Part shown: one piece after another, positions 40,601-55,345 of the stretch
How the letters are laid out: every line of letters starts with the position of its first letter
Position numbering within the stretch: position 1 is the first letter of the stretch
NCBI GenBank assembly: GCA_012295275.1
Contig: CM022670.1
Coordinates: 36,580,001 to 36,644,000, forward strand
From: Chrysomallon squamiferum
Taxonomy: Eukaryota; Animalia; Mollusca
Direction: 5' to 3'
Length of the DNA: 64,000 nucleotides
The notes under the pieces: generated by a model
What the model saw: only the letters and a program-made list of their open reading frames with translations
Told to the model about the DNA's origin: nothing
Databases searched by the model: none
Made by a program: the position numbers and the translations under genes

Positions 40601-41812
40601 TTTATAATTTTTTGTTTGTTCAAATTAATTATTCAGGTGCTGCTGCTAACGACAAAGGTAAAGTCAAGCAGTTTGGTTTAGCTCTTGGCTTAAACAGCTG
40701 TACAGTGGAGAAAATAGTTAAGGAAGAAAGTGGAAAACTTTTCTGGGAGGTGCTGTACGAATGGAACAAAACGTCACAGTCTCTCGTTGTTCTGATTTCA
40801 GCTTGTCAAAGATTATCTATCTGTCCATTCTCCGGTAAGATTGACTTATTAGCGGCTCGTTTTCATCTTTTGTGTCTAATTACTGGTTTTCACGTGTTAT
40901 TTAACATAAATGTGACTATTAGCGTTTTTGTTACTGTTTGTAATATAGAATGTGGAAAGAATGTTCACAAATTATTATCGTTTTCTTTTCTTTCCTTTTT
41001 AAACAGATTATTATTCTTTTGTAAACTATTTATTATTATTATTATTTATATATTTTACTTTTTTTTAAAGATGGTTTAATGCCTCCTCATCACACAACAG
41101 CTATAGAAAAGGCGTACAGCAGACTTGAAGCAGACATATTTGTAAGCTACGTGGTATCACACCTGCGTGACCACGCTGTGCTGTCACTTTGTGATGTTGA
41201 TTACATTCTCAGTCCAGAGACAAGAACAGAAAAGTTTCGACGTCTCGTCGACATCCTTCCTCTGTCTGGAGAGAAAGCTTTCGACTGCTTGGTGGACGCT
41301 TTGATCAAAACTGGTCAACATCATCTTGCTGAAATACTTTTAGGTAAGAATAAATGTACCCTACTCTGGTATTAATAGAATATTATTTGAATAGATTTAT
41401 TTTTTCTTCGATTGATCAATTGATTTTATTTATTTATTTTATTTTTAATTGCGAGCTGTTTACGTCCAGTTTGCCCTTTCGATTAATTGCACAATTTATT
41501 AATATTTTTATTTAATTTTTTACTTAATTTTTTATTGTTCTATTATAATTTTTATTATTATTATTATTTTTGTTGTTGTTGTTGTTGTTGTATTTTTTTC
41601 CATTTTATTCAGATGAACTAAAAGAATTGACGACTCTTACGGGCACACTAAATATGGAATATAAAACAGTTGTGGAGCGTTCATTGCAACCCGAATTAAC
41701 AACTGTTAATGAATCTCTCAGTCTGAATGAGAGCGATGTGGACATTACAAGACTATTGTCCACAATACTCACAGGGGTGAACTACAACAAGGAGTTGCTG
41801 ATGAAAAAATGA
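37685..41812 (+). CDS. CARD-family gene paralogue B: exons 37685-38242 (coiled coil), ~40100-40301 (acceptor deleted), 40637-40834 (Death-like), 41071-41343 (CARD), 41613-41812 (no TM); possibly split or pseudogenised
   Basis: All exons are open, but the acceptor ttcAG seen in the paralogues is deleted near 40096. The last exon DELKELTT...ELLMKK* has no hydrophobic stretch. Confidence 0.6.
38502..39505. mobile_element. ~1.0-kb insertion, probable solo LTR
   Basis: It is absent at the homologous site in the paralogues (25051-25070, 48931-48950). Termini TGTTACGG...CCGTGACA give TG...CA with a 7/8 inverted match. Flanks gtctg and tgctg are each one change from the empty-site ttctg (degenerate 5-bp target duplication). 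There is an internal TATATAAG near 38932. Confidence 0.65.
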
Positions 41813-42702
41813 CAATACACTCAGCAGAATATAATATCAAAAAACATTATCACGGTCATCGTTCAAAAACAAAGAAAAATATTTAAATAATAAAATTAAT
41901 ACTCAGATTACAGCTGATCATTAAGAAGCATAATTATGTGACAGATCCTGAAATGTTAAGCTCATATTTGTATGCATTTCAGTGCGGCAAATTGTCTTTC
42001 CAAGTTAGTGTATTAGAAATTGTATTAAGTAAAAATAATAACAATTAGGTATTTGTTTTAATAATGTGATAATGTTCTTTGAGTAAGGGACTCATATAAT
42101 CAACCATGGAACTAAGGCCGTATACTACGCACTGATGAGATAATTCGATAGACATGGTCTACTTGATTTTTGGCGTTATGTCAAAACTACATCTTTAATA
42201 ATATAGATTTTTATAATGTTTTAAAATGTGTTTTTTTATACTGGTTTTAAATTTTAGTGCATATTTGTTTTGTTTGTTTGTTGCTTTTTCGTTTTTGGTT
42301 TTTTTTAATACTAGCCCTCCCGATATAGATTATCAAAGTATTTTCATCATTGTATTATTAACTGAATATTAAATATTCACGAGAGAATAAGATTATATAG
42401 TTGTATATATACATGTACAACTAGAGTAAGAGTTATAACAAAATAAAACACTAAATTGTTATTTTTATTATTATTATTATTAAATTTAATCACACACACA
42501 CACATACGCACACACACAGTAGTGCTTTTTAGGGGTATATTTTTATCCTTTAAAAATTATTTTGCTTTTTTTAATATTTTCTGGGGATATTTCATTATTT
42601 TGTAGTTTATTTATTTATTTATTTACATTTATTCATTTATTTATTTTTAATTATTGTTATTATATATATATGTGTGTATGTATGTGTGTATGTGTGTGTG
42701 TA

Positions 42703-42742
<40 letters not shown>

Positions 42743-42849
42743 CACACACACATACAGACATATATTTCTTGTTTGATGTTGAGTGGGTATAAAATATGTC
42801 ACTACGTCTTGAGAGTTTTTCTAAAAAAAAGTTTAAAATTTTTAAAAAA

Positions 42850-45800
42850 TTATATATTTCGTTATGAACTTATTTTGTAATTATTTTGTATACGTATATA
42901 GTATATATTATGTTTCTATAAAGCCACTATTTAATTATCCTCTACATAATCTGACATGTTTCTGTGATACTACTGATAGTTAACTTTAATGGTTAAATAT
43001 CAAAGGTTAACGACCAATTTTAAGTTATTAATTAATGACAGAATACCAAAACACTGTTTACCGTTTTATTATATATTTGACTAATAAAGAAGTGGTTTTT
43101 ATATTTTTTATTATTTACCAGGATGTATTTTGAATCGACAGACTTTTTACTTAAAACAATGCTCCTTTATTAAGTGAAAAGAGCTAGATACACAATAGTA
43201 TTAAAATTATTAAAAATTAATTATGGGTGAATCAAATTTTATGATAAAGATTTAAATAGAGTGACACAAACGTGATGTAGAGGTTTATTTAAATTTATCC
43301 CAAAATCACTTGCCTCGACATTAATTCAGTCTGATTTAGACTGTCCATACAAAAAATGAAAATAAATATTTTGTGTGTTGCTAAGCTTTCATTGTCAAAC
43401 TTGAGTAAACTCACTTCTCCTCAAGGTGTCTGAATGACATTGGCCGTTTAGTAAACACCAGCAATCAAACAATTCAAACACAAATGGGCCTTTGGTTGCA
43501 TATGTAATAATATATTTCACTGTGATTATAGATAATGCGTGAATAATACATAAGATTAAAACGAACAATATAATCAATCATCAAAACCACAAAAAACCAG
43601 CACGAACTGGTATTGGCAGACTGTCGTCTGCTGACAGTTTAACATATCACGCGAGTCATTTTTCTTCTGTAGGCTGGCCCAAAAAAGAGTACCCGACTGG
43701 AAGGAAAAAGAAAACGGGATACTAGTTTCAAGGTATTATCAATTTTATTTTCACTCTGCTGCTATAATGTAGTACTTGCTGCAATATATAAAAATAATGA
43801 ATAAGAATGAATGTTCATTTGTCAGTATTTAGTACTTTTATACAAATACTTGGTTTAGTTTTACTGTTCATTTTATTACGCCATATCATGCAGTTTATTT
43901 CAACAACCTATATTTGTTATTGTCCTATTACGAATGTACATAGCTCCAATTACAACATAATTCCCGAATATCATTATTACTATCATTATCATCTTTTTTT
44001 CTTTTTAAGGAAAACGAATGAAAGATAAATTTAAAGTATTGGAATAAAAACGAAAATGTTTTATGCATATAATAAGAAGAAGAAGAAGAAGAAGAAAAAA
44101 TACAATAAAGAGAAATCTCGTCAACAGCAAACAACAACAGTAATAATAAGAAGAAGAATCCATAAGAATACCCAACAAATGGATTTGCTCATTCAAATTT
44201 TCATTACAAGAAAAACAGTTAGATGCAAGTTCTTAACCAAATACTTTCTTCTCGTCTATATTACATTGTGACTGGGCTATTTTATTAGGATGGGATATGC
44301 CACAGTGATGATAATAAGAATAATAATAACAACAATCATATCATAGTCGTTATAAAAAGTTCATTTAACGAAAACAGTTAAAATTATTTTTATTTACATA
44401 TAATTATAAGTACATTCAACAAAATACTTGTAAAATTTTATAATAACAACTTTTAACGTAACACTATAAAGAAAGTAATAAATTGCAATGATCTCTAAAT
44501 ACTTTTTAAATAAAAAAATAAATTATCATTAAAAATTATTATTTAAATCATTATCAAAACTAACGAAAAATAACGGAATTAATAAATAATTAAAACATGG
44601 CTTCAGGAACAGTTCAGATTAGAAATTCATCATCGCCGTATTAAAACCAAAAGTAACTAGATGTTTAGACATTTTCTAAAAAAAAAAAATATATATATAT
44701 ATATTGTGCTCAAGTTAATTATTTTTTGATACGTATATTTACATAAACACACAGGTGCATGTATTTATTATTTTTCTAAAAAGCCATTATTTAAGTATCC
44801 TCTAATAATTTCTGACCTGTTTCTGTGAAGTATATTAATATTTAACTTTAAGGATTAATGGTAAATATCAAATGTTAACAACCAGTTGTAAGTTACCAGT
44901 TAATGACAGAACACCAAAACACTGTTTACTGTTTTATTATATATTTTACTAATAAAGAAGCTGTTTTTATTTATTTAATTATTTACTAGGATGTATTTTG
45001 TACATTTAGAGTTTTTATTTCAAACAATGCTCCTTTATGGAGTGAAAGGATATAGATATATAAAATTTTTAAACATTAATTATGAGTGAATTAAATTTTG
45101 TCATAAAGTTTTAAAAAGAATGACACAAATGACATTGATTCAGTCTGATTATAGGACTGTCAATACAACAGACAAAAATAAATAGTTTTTATGTTGCTAA
45201 GCTTTTATTGTTAGCAGTGTAAAACGTGCGTAACCCAATAGTCCGCAGGTATCTGAACCACTGAATGTTCACTGGGTATTTGATCATGTTCAATCTGACT
45301 GTTCCAAGATGTTCACTGACTGCGAGAGCGGAGGTATACGAGGTCAGAAAGATACTTAACAAAAAGTGCACTGGTTGTTTAGTAAGCACCAACGTTCAAA
45401 CACGCAAGGGTCTTTGGTCACTTATTTCATTGTGATTATAGATTAACCGTGAATAATATGTAAGATCAAAACAAAACAGAAAACCATTCGTCATTACCAC
45501 GAAACCCAGCACGAACAGATTATATCAGACTGTCGTCTGCTAACAGTTTGTTGTATCACACGAGTCATTTTTTGTGTGTAGCCTGGCGGTAAAGCAGTAC
45601 TCCACTGTAAGGAAAAAGAAAACGGAATACTAATTTTAAGGTATAATCAATTTTATTTTCAGTCTGCTGCTATAATGTAGTAGTTGCTGTAAAATACGAA
45701 AAGAATTAATAAGAGTGAATTCTCATTCGTAAATACGTAACACTTTTATACAAATTGTCGATTTAGTTTTATTGCTCATTTTATGCCGCCAAATTAACCT

Positions 45801-46440
45801 ACGTGTAGGCTACTACACAGCTCGAATTTCAACATGATTCCGGAATGTTATTAGTATTATCATCATCAACATCACTTTTTTTAAGGAAAACGAATGAAAG
45901 ATAAATTTAGAGTATTGCAATAAAAATCACGAAAAAGTTGTAATAATAATAATAATTCCGGCAAGAAGAATCATCAACAGCTCAACAACAGGAAGAACAA
46001 TAATAACAATAAGAAGAATACAATGGCTGCAATGGATTTGCTCGTTAAAATTTTCATTACAAGAAAATCCATTAGATGCAAGTTCTTAAAAAAAATACTT
46101 TCCACTGGTTTATATTACATTTTAATTCGGCTATGTTATTAGGATGGAACATATCACGATAAGGATAATAAGAATAAGAATAAGAACAATCACATCATAG
46201 TCGTTATGAAAATTGTATTTAACGAAAACAGTTAAGATTATTTTTATTTACATATAATTCTAAGTGCATTCAACAAAATACTTGTGAAAATTTAAACTAA
46301 AAAACAAAATAACGACTTTTAACGTAACAATACAAATAAAGTAATAACAATGAATGTGTGTAGAATAATTATAAATTGTCATAATTATCAAAACTAGCCA
46401 AAAATAGAAATTCACCATCGCCTCATTAAAAACCAAAGGT
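42850..46440 (+). repeat. ~1.9-kb diverged tandem duplication (~42850-44655 vs ~44730-46440) upstream of paralogue C; its distal part also matches ~35880-36260
   Basis: Shared blocks such as taatgacagaa.accaaaacactgtttac, cagactgtcgtctgct.acagttt and tctgctgctataatgtagta. Confidence 0.75.
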
Positions 46441-47947
46441 ATGTAAAATAACTCATGTGCTGTAACTCAAGTTGGTCTCAATCGGGTTTCCTCTATCTGT
46501 TATTGTCTACAGAGGAAATTACGACACCTTTATAGAAGTCATATCTAATAATTATTAATAGAGAAATACAGTATCATTAAATATTGTTTTATTATTATTA
46601 TTATTATTATTATTAATTAAAATTAGTGGTCGTCTTAGTAACAGTAGCAGTTATTCATAAAATCACAACAATAAATTAAATTAATAACAAGAAAAAATGT
46701 TAATTATAAAACTGACAGACACGTAAATAAATCGAATATTTCTTGTTGTTTCATATATCAATTTCTTAATTGTAACTGGTTTATTTTGTTATCATGTGGA
46801 AAGCCCAATAAACACAAGGAAATATTTCTAACAAGGTATATTGTGTCGAATTATTATCAAAATATTTAGATTATCAAAATAATTAGCAAAATCTCAACAA
46901 TCGTTTTTAAATGGCATAAAAAATCATATTTATTTGAACCTATATTTTAAATTCAGTTTTTGATCTACATTAAGATATAATACATCAGGTTTCTGTGTAA
47001 AATATTATTTGACCTGATTTAATTATTACAATATATTTTACTTTCATAACGAAACAAAAATCCTTTGCATTTTAAAACAATTGTACCTTAGTTTTATAGC
47101 TATAACGCATAAGTGAGATTTTTCTTTGGGCTATTTTTAAAAAAATATATATATTTTTGAATGTGACGTTATTCTTTGTAGTTGAATGTGTCTCATATTT
47201 AACAAATGCAACTGGTAACTCGTATTTTGAGATTCAACGTAGATGATACGATCAATCTTATTAGGTTGTTGACTTTTGTGGTCAAACCATTTATTGAAAA
47301 AATATATTATTCAGAATACTTAAACTGTGTACTCATTATATGCTTTTTCAGTTCAGTTTAGAAGTTATTTATACGGCAAGTTAAATAATAAATTATATAT
47401 GTATTAAAATCCAAGATGGCAGCATTGAGAGCGGAAATAATGTAATTGTTTTTTTCCCATTTTTTCTTTCTTTTTTTCTTTCTTTCTTTAGTTAGTTAAT
47501 TATTATTTTTTTACTAATTTTACTAGCTACCAAGACGTATAGTACGTTCATTTTAATAGTTGTGACAGTAACATTATTTGTTTGTTTGTTTGTTTAGTTA
47601 GTTATTTAGTTACTTAGTTATTTTTACTGTTACCAACCTTAATAGCTGCAACATCAAATCTACTACAAGAATAATAGTAGAAATTTATTTATTGACAGTA
47701 TTATCCATTTTTATATTAAAATAAACAAAACATTTCCCAGCCCTGTTGGTGATGACATAACAGATTATATCAAATATATGTGTTATTAGATTCTGGTACT
47801 GCGACATGTTATAGGTGAGATGCAATTTGCAGAAAATATAATGTTGAGATTTCTCCTAGATGAATATTGTTTTATTTATTTTAATTATCGGTTATTAGTT
47901 TATTTTTATTTACACAGTCGATTTAGTTTTTGTTAAGTTTCAATTAA

Positions 47948-47985
<38 letters not shown>

Positions 47986-48131
47986 CTTCATTATAAATCA
48001 TCTTCATCATCATTATTAACATGAATAATATTTGACTTCTTACTTTTATAGTAGGAACAGCTTGATAAACTTCCGGAAATAAACAAGTTTTTAGTTTCTT
48101 TGACTGATAAATACCATTTCTACTAAATACA

Positions 48132-48808
48132 ATGGCTTCACCACCTTCACTCGAAGAAATGTACAAAACGGCGACACAAAATCTAAACGTTATGAGAACA
48201 ATCTTTCCGGAATTTATCGAACCTGTCCAGCTGATGTTTGAAGAATTGCTAAAACATTCGGAAACTTCGCATTCTTTACCTGAAATACAACGAGATGTCC
48301 ATGAGAACTGTAATATTCAACTGGAAGAACAAAGAAATGAAATATCATATCTTTCTGCCAGATTGAAGAAAGCTGAAGACGAACTCAGAAAAAAGGATGA
48401 ATGTTTGCACGACACATTGAAAGAGATATCCGAGGACACGAAGAAGTCTTTGGGTGTAACAGACAGACTGGCCATAAAATTTGATTTAGACAGGATAAAG
48501 GATGACAGATTGAAAGAAACAGATGCGTTGAAGCAGCAAATCAAAGCGCTGGAAAACTCCTTGGAGAAAGAAATGAAATTTCGTAGTAACCTGCTGATGA
48601 AAGTAAGTAAAAATATAATAATTATTATTATACAGTAACAACAATGAATTTGTTTTCATTTGGTGCCTGTGCATTTGCACGCACTTTTACTTATCTTGTG
48701 CAAATCGCTCAATACTGTGTATGATAATGTCACAATTTCAGCGAAATAATTGCATCCATATATGTTTTCAGTGGTAGTGTTGTTACAGTTCATTAAAACA
48801 GGACAGTA

Positions 48809-48861
<53 letters not shown>

Positions 48862-51367
48862 GTTAAAAAAATATAAAAATATATTTAGACTATTATCTTC
48901 AATAATATGTATATGTGTCTGTTTGTGCTTCTCTGTTTCTGTCTCAAAAAAGCTCAAAAAGTAAACACAAATACAGTAGGATCTCGATTTAACGGACTGT
49001 TGCCGAAACACATTCTCATAAATAATATTTTAATGCTGTATTTCTATAAATTTATTGTTTTTTAATTTTACAATGACATATTTTATGTACTCACCATTTT
49101 TAATATAATATATAAAAAAAATTGTTTGTAGAAGGTCCTATGCCTCAGTCGATAGTAGTGGTCAAATATAAACTGGCAATTTCTATATTCCAAACTGTAA
49201 CAAACGGATGGACAGGTGTCACGTTTTTACTGGTTGAATATTTTATAAAAATGTTATACACTTAGGACCACTAAACAATTACACAACCATGGACGACACA
49301 AATAAAAAGTTTACTTTAGATTTCATGGAATTAGTCTGCTAAAAATGAAGTCCGTTGACTTGTTGACCGTTAAACCAAGAATTTACTGTTGAATGTCACT
49401 GCAGCAATAGAAACAGATTAGGAATAAAGCACTTATATTTTAACGAAGAAAGCTATTAACAGTTTTCCTCTTCGTTTATGTAATGGAAAATATTAATTTC
49501 ATTTATTCATATTTAATTTCAGATAAACAAAATTAACACAACTTCTGTTTTAGAAAAACAAGATGAATGTACTGAATTAGTACGTAGTTTAATAGAATCA
49601 ACAGAAGAAAACAAAAGCAAGTTAACAGATGTGCTGAATTTGGCAGAGGAATGTTTACTGTCAAATAAGAATAGCGACAGTCTGCCTCCACACATTTTAG
49701 GATGTGCAAATCAAATTGAAAAAGACCTCGGTATGTTTATAATCAGCTTCGAGTCCATATTTTAAATTTAATTTAAAAAAGTGTGTATGTGTGTGTGTGC
49801 GAGCACGTATGTGACAACCAAAGAAATAATAATAATCAACATTAATGGAATCACAAGCCATGCAGTAACAATAACAACATTAGATTATTATTACCTTCTC
49901 ATTTTGATATTTTGCTACAGCGTTTCTTTGTATTTCATATAATTTATATTTATTTATTTGTTTATTTGGTTGTTGTCGACTTTTTCCCTGTTCTTTTTTT
50001 TAAGTGGGTTGACCTTTTCTGATTATTTATAATTTTTTGTTTGTTTTAATTAATTATTCAGGTGCTTCTGCTAACAACAAAGATAAAGTCAAGGAGTTTG
50101 GTTTAGCTCTAGGCGTAAACAGCAGTACAGTGGAGAAAATAGTTGAAAAAAGTGGAAACCCTTTCTGGGACGTGATACACGAATGGAACAAAACGTCACA
50201 GTCTCTCAGTATTCTGATTTCCGCTTGTCAAAAATCATCTATCAGTTCATTTTTCAGTAAGACTGGCTTATTATCAGTGAAATATATTGTTTGTTTGTGA
50301 CTAATTGCTGTTTTTCATGTGTTATTTAAAATAAATCGGACCATTTCAGATATATTTTTTTCGTTTCAATAAAATTGTAATACTGTTTAGAATATGGCAA
50401 GAATCGCAGACTGTTCACAAATTATTATCATTTTCCTTTCTGAAACAGAAAATTATTATTTTCTTAACTATTTATTTTTTTTATTATTATTATTTTACCT
50501 TTTTTTTTTTTTTTTTTTCAAAGATTCTTCGATGCCTCCTCAACACAGCAAAGCTATAGAAAAGGCATACAGCAGACTGGTAACAAATATATTGTTTGAA
50601 CCTGTAGTAACATACCTGCGTGACAACGGTGTGTTGTCACCTTGTGATGTTGATTACATTCTCAGACCAGAGACAAGAACAGAAAAGGTTCGACGTCTCA
50701 TCGAAATCCTTCCTCTGTTTGGAGAGAAAGCTTTCGACTGCTTTGTGGAAGCTTTGACCAAATCAGGTCAAAATCATCTTGCTGACATACTGAAAGGTAA
50801 GATTATAGATATTCTCTTATTATTATTACTTTTTTCTTAATATTCTGATAGATAATCAAGATCTGGTCCACGATCACTATAAAACGGAATTATACATAAC
50901 TTTTAAAATGACACAAGCTTCGTTATGACAAAATAACAATAATAAATTATAGACTGGCAAAAATGTAAAAGGAAATTGTCATAAACGATATATTTAATTA
51001 GTTTTATTTTTTTATTATTATTATTTTATTTTTTTATTTATTTTTAATGTATTTAGTTACCTGTTATATTTTGTTTCTACTTTCACTAAATTCATTGTGT
51101 GTGTGTGTGTGTGAGCGCACACTTTTTTCTATTTTTTCTGAATTTTGTTCAGATGAACTTAAAAAACTGACTCCTGTTTCGGACACACTAAACAGCGAAG
51201 GATTGGAGCAAACACTGCAAAGTGAAAGAACAACAGATGATGAATTCCACAGCTTGAATGAAAGATGTGATGCCTATTTTGTTATCGGCATCCTAATAGC
51301 CTTTGTTATTATATTATATACTTATCCTCTACAAAATCTGAATTTTTTTAAAGGTTATTGGCAATAA
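48132..51367 (+). CDS. CARD-family gene paralogue C, fully intact: exons 48132-48602, 49523-49730, 50062-50256, 50524-50796, 51153-51367; ~453 aa coiled-coil / Death-like / CARD / C-terminal TM
   Basis: All junctions are GT/AG with phases 0,1,1,1. 471+208+195+273+215=1362 nt is open. The tail reads AYFVIGILIAFVIILYTYPLQNLNFFKGYWQ*. Confidence 0.8.
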
Positions 51368-51449
51368 TAAATGATTAACTACCATGTATTGCAGTTTCCA
51401 GTTTATGAAAGGTCACCAATACAACATTTTACTTTTGTGTCATGTTTTA

Positions 51450-54400
51450 CTGATATAGAATTTTTATAGAAGTTTTATTATCCTTTACCAGGATGTATCT
51501 TGTACATAGAGATTTTGTTTAACACAATTCTCCTTAGTGAGGTGAATGAAACTAGATATAGAGTGGTATTAAAATTACTAAAAATTAGTCATGGCTGAAG
51601 TTTGTGATAAAGATTCAAAATCATTGTGCAATATGGATTTAAATGAAAATTTGTCTTATGATCTCTTTAAATGATGAATTTTATAATAAATGTATTTTCA
51701 CGTTGTTGTATGGTTTTTTTAGTTAATCAGATGCAATGGATTTTTTTACAATTATTATTTTTTTCGGAAAAATAACAAACATGAAATGCCAGATAAAAAA
51801 AAGTTTATTTACGAAAACAATGTATTATGTAAAAGATACACTTAAAAATGTTACATAACAATATCTGAATGTCATAAAAGATACTATGACTAGTCAAACT
51901 TTACTATTCTTTTTCTATAAAAGCCAAATTAAGTTATGCATAGGCCCTCCATTACCAATAACAACAACTGATATAAAACCAGAGTTAGGTAATTTGATAT
52001 AGAATGTTATTATTTTTTTTTTTTTTTATGTATTTATAACAGTGTCAGTCTAATTATTTGAAACATATTGGATCCTGCAAACTGAATCAGCAATTAAGTT
52101 ACATACAATAATCATCTTTCGAACTGATTATTTTTTTTTAAATGATACTTTTTCAGTTATCTAACAATTCAAACATAACAAATCATGCATTATAATGAAT
52201 TTGAAAGCAGATGTTAGCTATCAAAATTCAACAAACCTCTGCATTCATATAATTTATGACAAAAGAGTGATAAGCTTAAGACTTAAGAAATATAGATATT
52301 TACATAACTCGTTATCTCCAAAATGTGAAATGAAAATAGCAAACAGAAGATGTTTCTTAAATGTTTTAACATTCTAATTGAAAAACATGATTAGGTTCAT
52401 CAATTTAGTGTATTTATAATAAAATTAAATAAGATATATTTAAAAAAATAAATGACATTCAAAATATGTTCTAAAAGTCACTGTTGAATAATGATGTCAA
52501 GTATCCTAAATACATATAAATAAATAAAAAGTTCCATTAGTTTAAGCTTTTGCAATATTCTATAGAAAGTACTATATTATTCTGGAAATGTAATATTTCT
52601 TCTAAAAATCATACATTTTATCATTTGATGTTCATTTTTTTTTTTTTTTTCACATGATGAAAAATACAAGAATACAAATGTATATATAAAATGTTTATAA
52701 ATAAATAAATAAAAAGAATACAAAAATATGTCTTTTACTTTTAAAATAATACTTGGCCAAATGTCAGGACAATTGAGGAATATCAGTAGTATCCATTTAT
52801 GTATTCACAAATAACAATAGCATTAAAGTAAATAAGTATATACTAAAAATTATGAGCAAAAAGTGCAATGTTTGGAATGTATTTGATTAAATATTTAGAA
52901 ATATTAAACTTAAGTGTTAACTTTGTTAAAATTTATATAATTTTTGTTTTCCCCCAAATTTAACACTGGAATCATCTATTAAAAACAGATGAGGCAAATT
53001 AAAAAATAATAAAGATAAGTGACCTGACAATTCAGTCATATTAATAACTAGAAATGATGTTTCTTTCACATTTTACTTTTATGTACACAAAATATATTTT
53101 TACAAGAAATACATTTAATATAATGAATATATTGGTAGTAAAACATAATACTTACTAATATGTAACAGTTCATAATAAAATAGTATATTCTGATATGATA
53201 ATAAAAACATTATGTGTTAGGACTCTATCAACATCAAAAGCACCAAATGATGGACAAATGCTTATAAAGAAAACATTTACAATTTAACTTTTTAGCCCAG
53301 TTTCAGTTAGAACCATCTGTTCTATAAGTTTTCACTTACTAAGGAATAAACAACAACCTTAATGAGACTTGTGATTTGTTTAGTGAATTAATGAATACTA
53401 AAATGAATAAATGTTTAACAAATCTTAGGAATGAATCTTTCATTGTTAATTGCATTATCAATCAGTCATTTAATCTCCAAAATATATAGGCATTAGGAGT
53501 CACTTTTTGGGTGGTTCTATTGGCTGGAACCATTCAAACATTTTCCTTGTCACTATCCTACTATTTCTGTAAAGTAACTTTAAAAAAATCAACCAGCTCA
53601 ACTACATGCCACTGTCAAATTACAAAATGAAACTAACGAAGCACTCTTGAAAATTTTATAAATCAAAAAAAAAAAGTATAAATATGTCAATCAAAGACAC
53701 ATTTTTATTCATGTGTCTCCATTTGACACCTGATTTTAATAATAATGATCTCTAATAAATTTACAAAATTTACTTTTCACAATTCATCTAAGAAATATAA
53801 AATCTACAGGGAGTGATGAATACAGTTTGATTCTCATAATTAATTATTAAAACTGTAATAAAAGGTTTTGTCAGTTACAACTACTGAACCCGTAGATGTG
53901 TGAGTAGATGTTCATACTGATCTTGTTACAGGATAATTTGAGCTAATTGTCTAACTGATGGCTACTTGTTCTGTAAGTAGAAGGGAATTACGAAATTTTT
54001 CATCTCAAAAGAAACTGTTTTCAAAATTATTTCACATAAATGTTATATTTTTCTTGAACATTCCATCAACGGCCTAAATAAGGTGGAGGTCCCTTCTGAC
54101 TTCTGTCGTGAATGCTGTTCAGTTCTAGTTCTTCCATTTCAACAGCATCTCTGTACTCAGTCAACTCCTTTGAAATCTTAATGCGTGTATAGTTTGCTTC
54201 CAGACAATTATATCATTTATTTTTAAAAAGTTCAATGCCGTATTTCAAAATTCGGTAAATTATATGAATAAAGGACAGACAGAGACAACAATAAAATGAC
54301 TTACCAAACTGAGTCAGGTTGAAGCAGTAAGTAAGGGTGTTTGCATTTCTGTTCTAAACCTCATTGTCACAGATTGAGAAAATAGAAGCATACAAATAAC

Positions 54401-54600
54401 TGGGATGACAGAAATACACATTGTCACAATCCAGCCAAGACTGAGAATGTACGTGATAATAGTTGAACTGAAAAAAAAAAAAATATTAGTAGTAGTATTT
54501 CATATTTACATATATTTTTATTGGAATTTCGCCCGCCCCCAGAAACACTCGTTACCAAACTTCCATAAACTGAATATAATAAAATTTAATTTGCATAAAA
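51450..54600 (+). repeat. Diverged duplicate of ~27480-32520 (CARD gene 3' flank + M6 3' region)
   Basis: Colinear shared blocks, e.g. ggatcctgcaaactgaatcagcaattaagt and ggcattaggagtcac. Confidence 0.8.
54066..54467 (-). pseudogene. M6: Second, more decayed M6/PLP pseudogene fragment (last exon 54066-~54206 plus one internal exon ~54305-54467)
   Basis: It matches 30495-30635 and 32223-32384. The two intervening exons are deleted, and there are further indels and a TAG. Confidence 0.8.
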
Positions 54601-55345
54601 AAAAAAAACCGAAAATCCCCCAAAACAAAACAATTTTGATTGGTCTATGAACTTATTAGGATGGGCCATAACATGATGATTATAATAAGAACAACAATAA
54701 TAATAATCATATCACTGTCGTTATAATAAATGTATTAAACGAATAAATACGTGTTTTCGTTTATATTTATACAAAACGTGATTATAATTGCATTCAACAC
54801 AACACTTGTAAAATTTTAGTCTAGAAATCAAAATAATGTCTATTAATATAACAACATAAAGAAATAAAACTAAATGTGTAATGAATAATTGTAAATAATG
54901 TTTACAAATAAAGAATTCACAAATAATTAATCAGGTAATAAAACGCTGGTTCAAGGATGTCTCAGGATCAGTTATATTCATCGTTTCCACTGGGCTAATT
55001 CCAGTTCCAACCAGTATTTCATCATCGCTTTATTAAAGATCAAAGCTTCGCAAACCATTCACAGTAACTCGTGCTGATCTGAAGCGGGTTTTATACATTG
55101 TCTAAACAGAAGATTTTACGACTTCTTAAAATAGAAGTTACAACATCTAATAACGTTTAATAAAGAAACATTTTCTTCTGCACTTTTTAAATGTTTTATT
55201 ATTATAATTAGTAATCTTGGCGATAGTAGTAGTTATTGTAAAGGGGTACTACTAAATCAAATAATAAAATTTGATTTAAAAATAAACACACGTAACTGAA
55301 GAAGATTAACATAAAAATTACTCAGAATAGAATATCACCTGTCAC

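Noticed and set aside
40354-41079. 241-aa multi-pass membrane ORF
   Set aside because: It is read-through of T-rich introns around the 198-nt Death-like exon (40637-40834).
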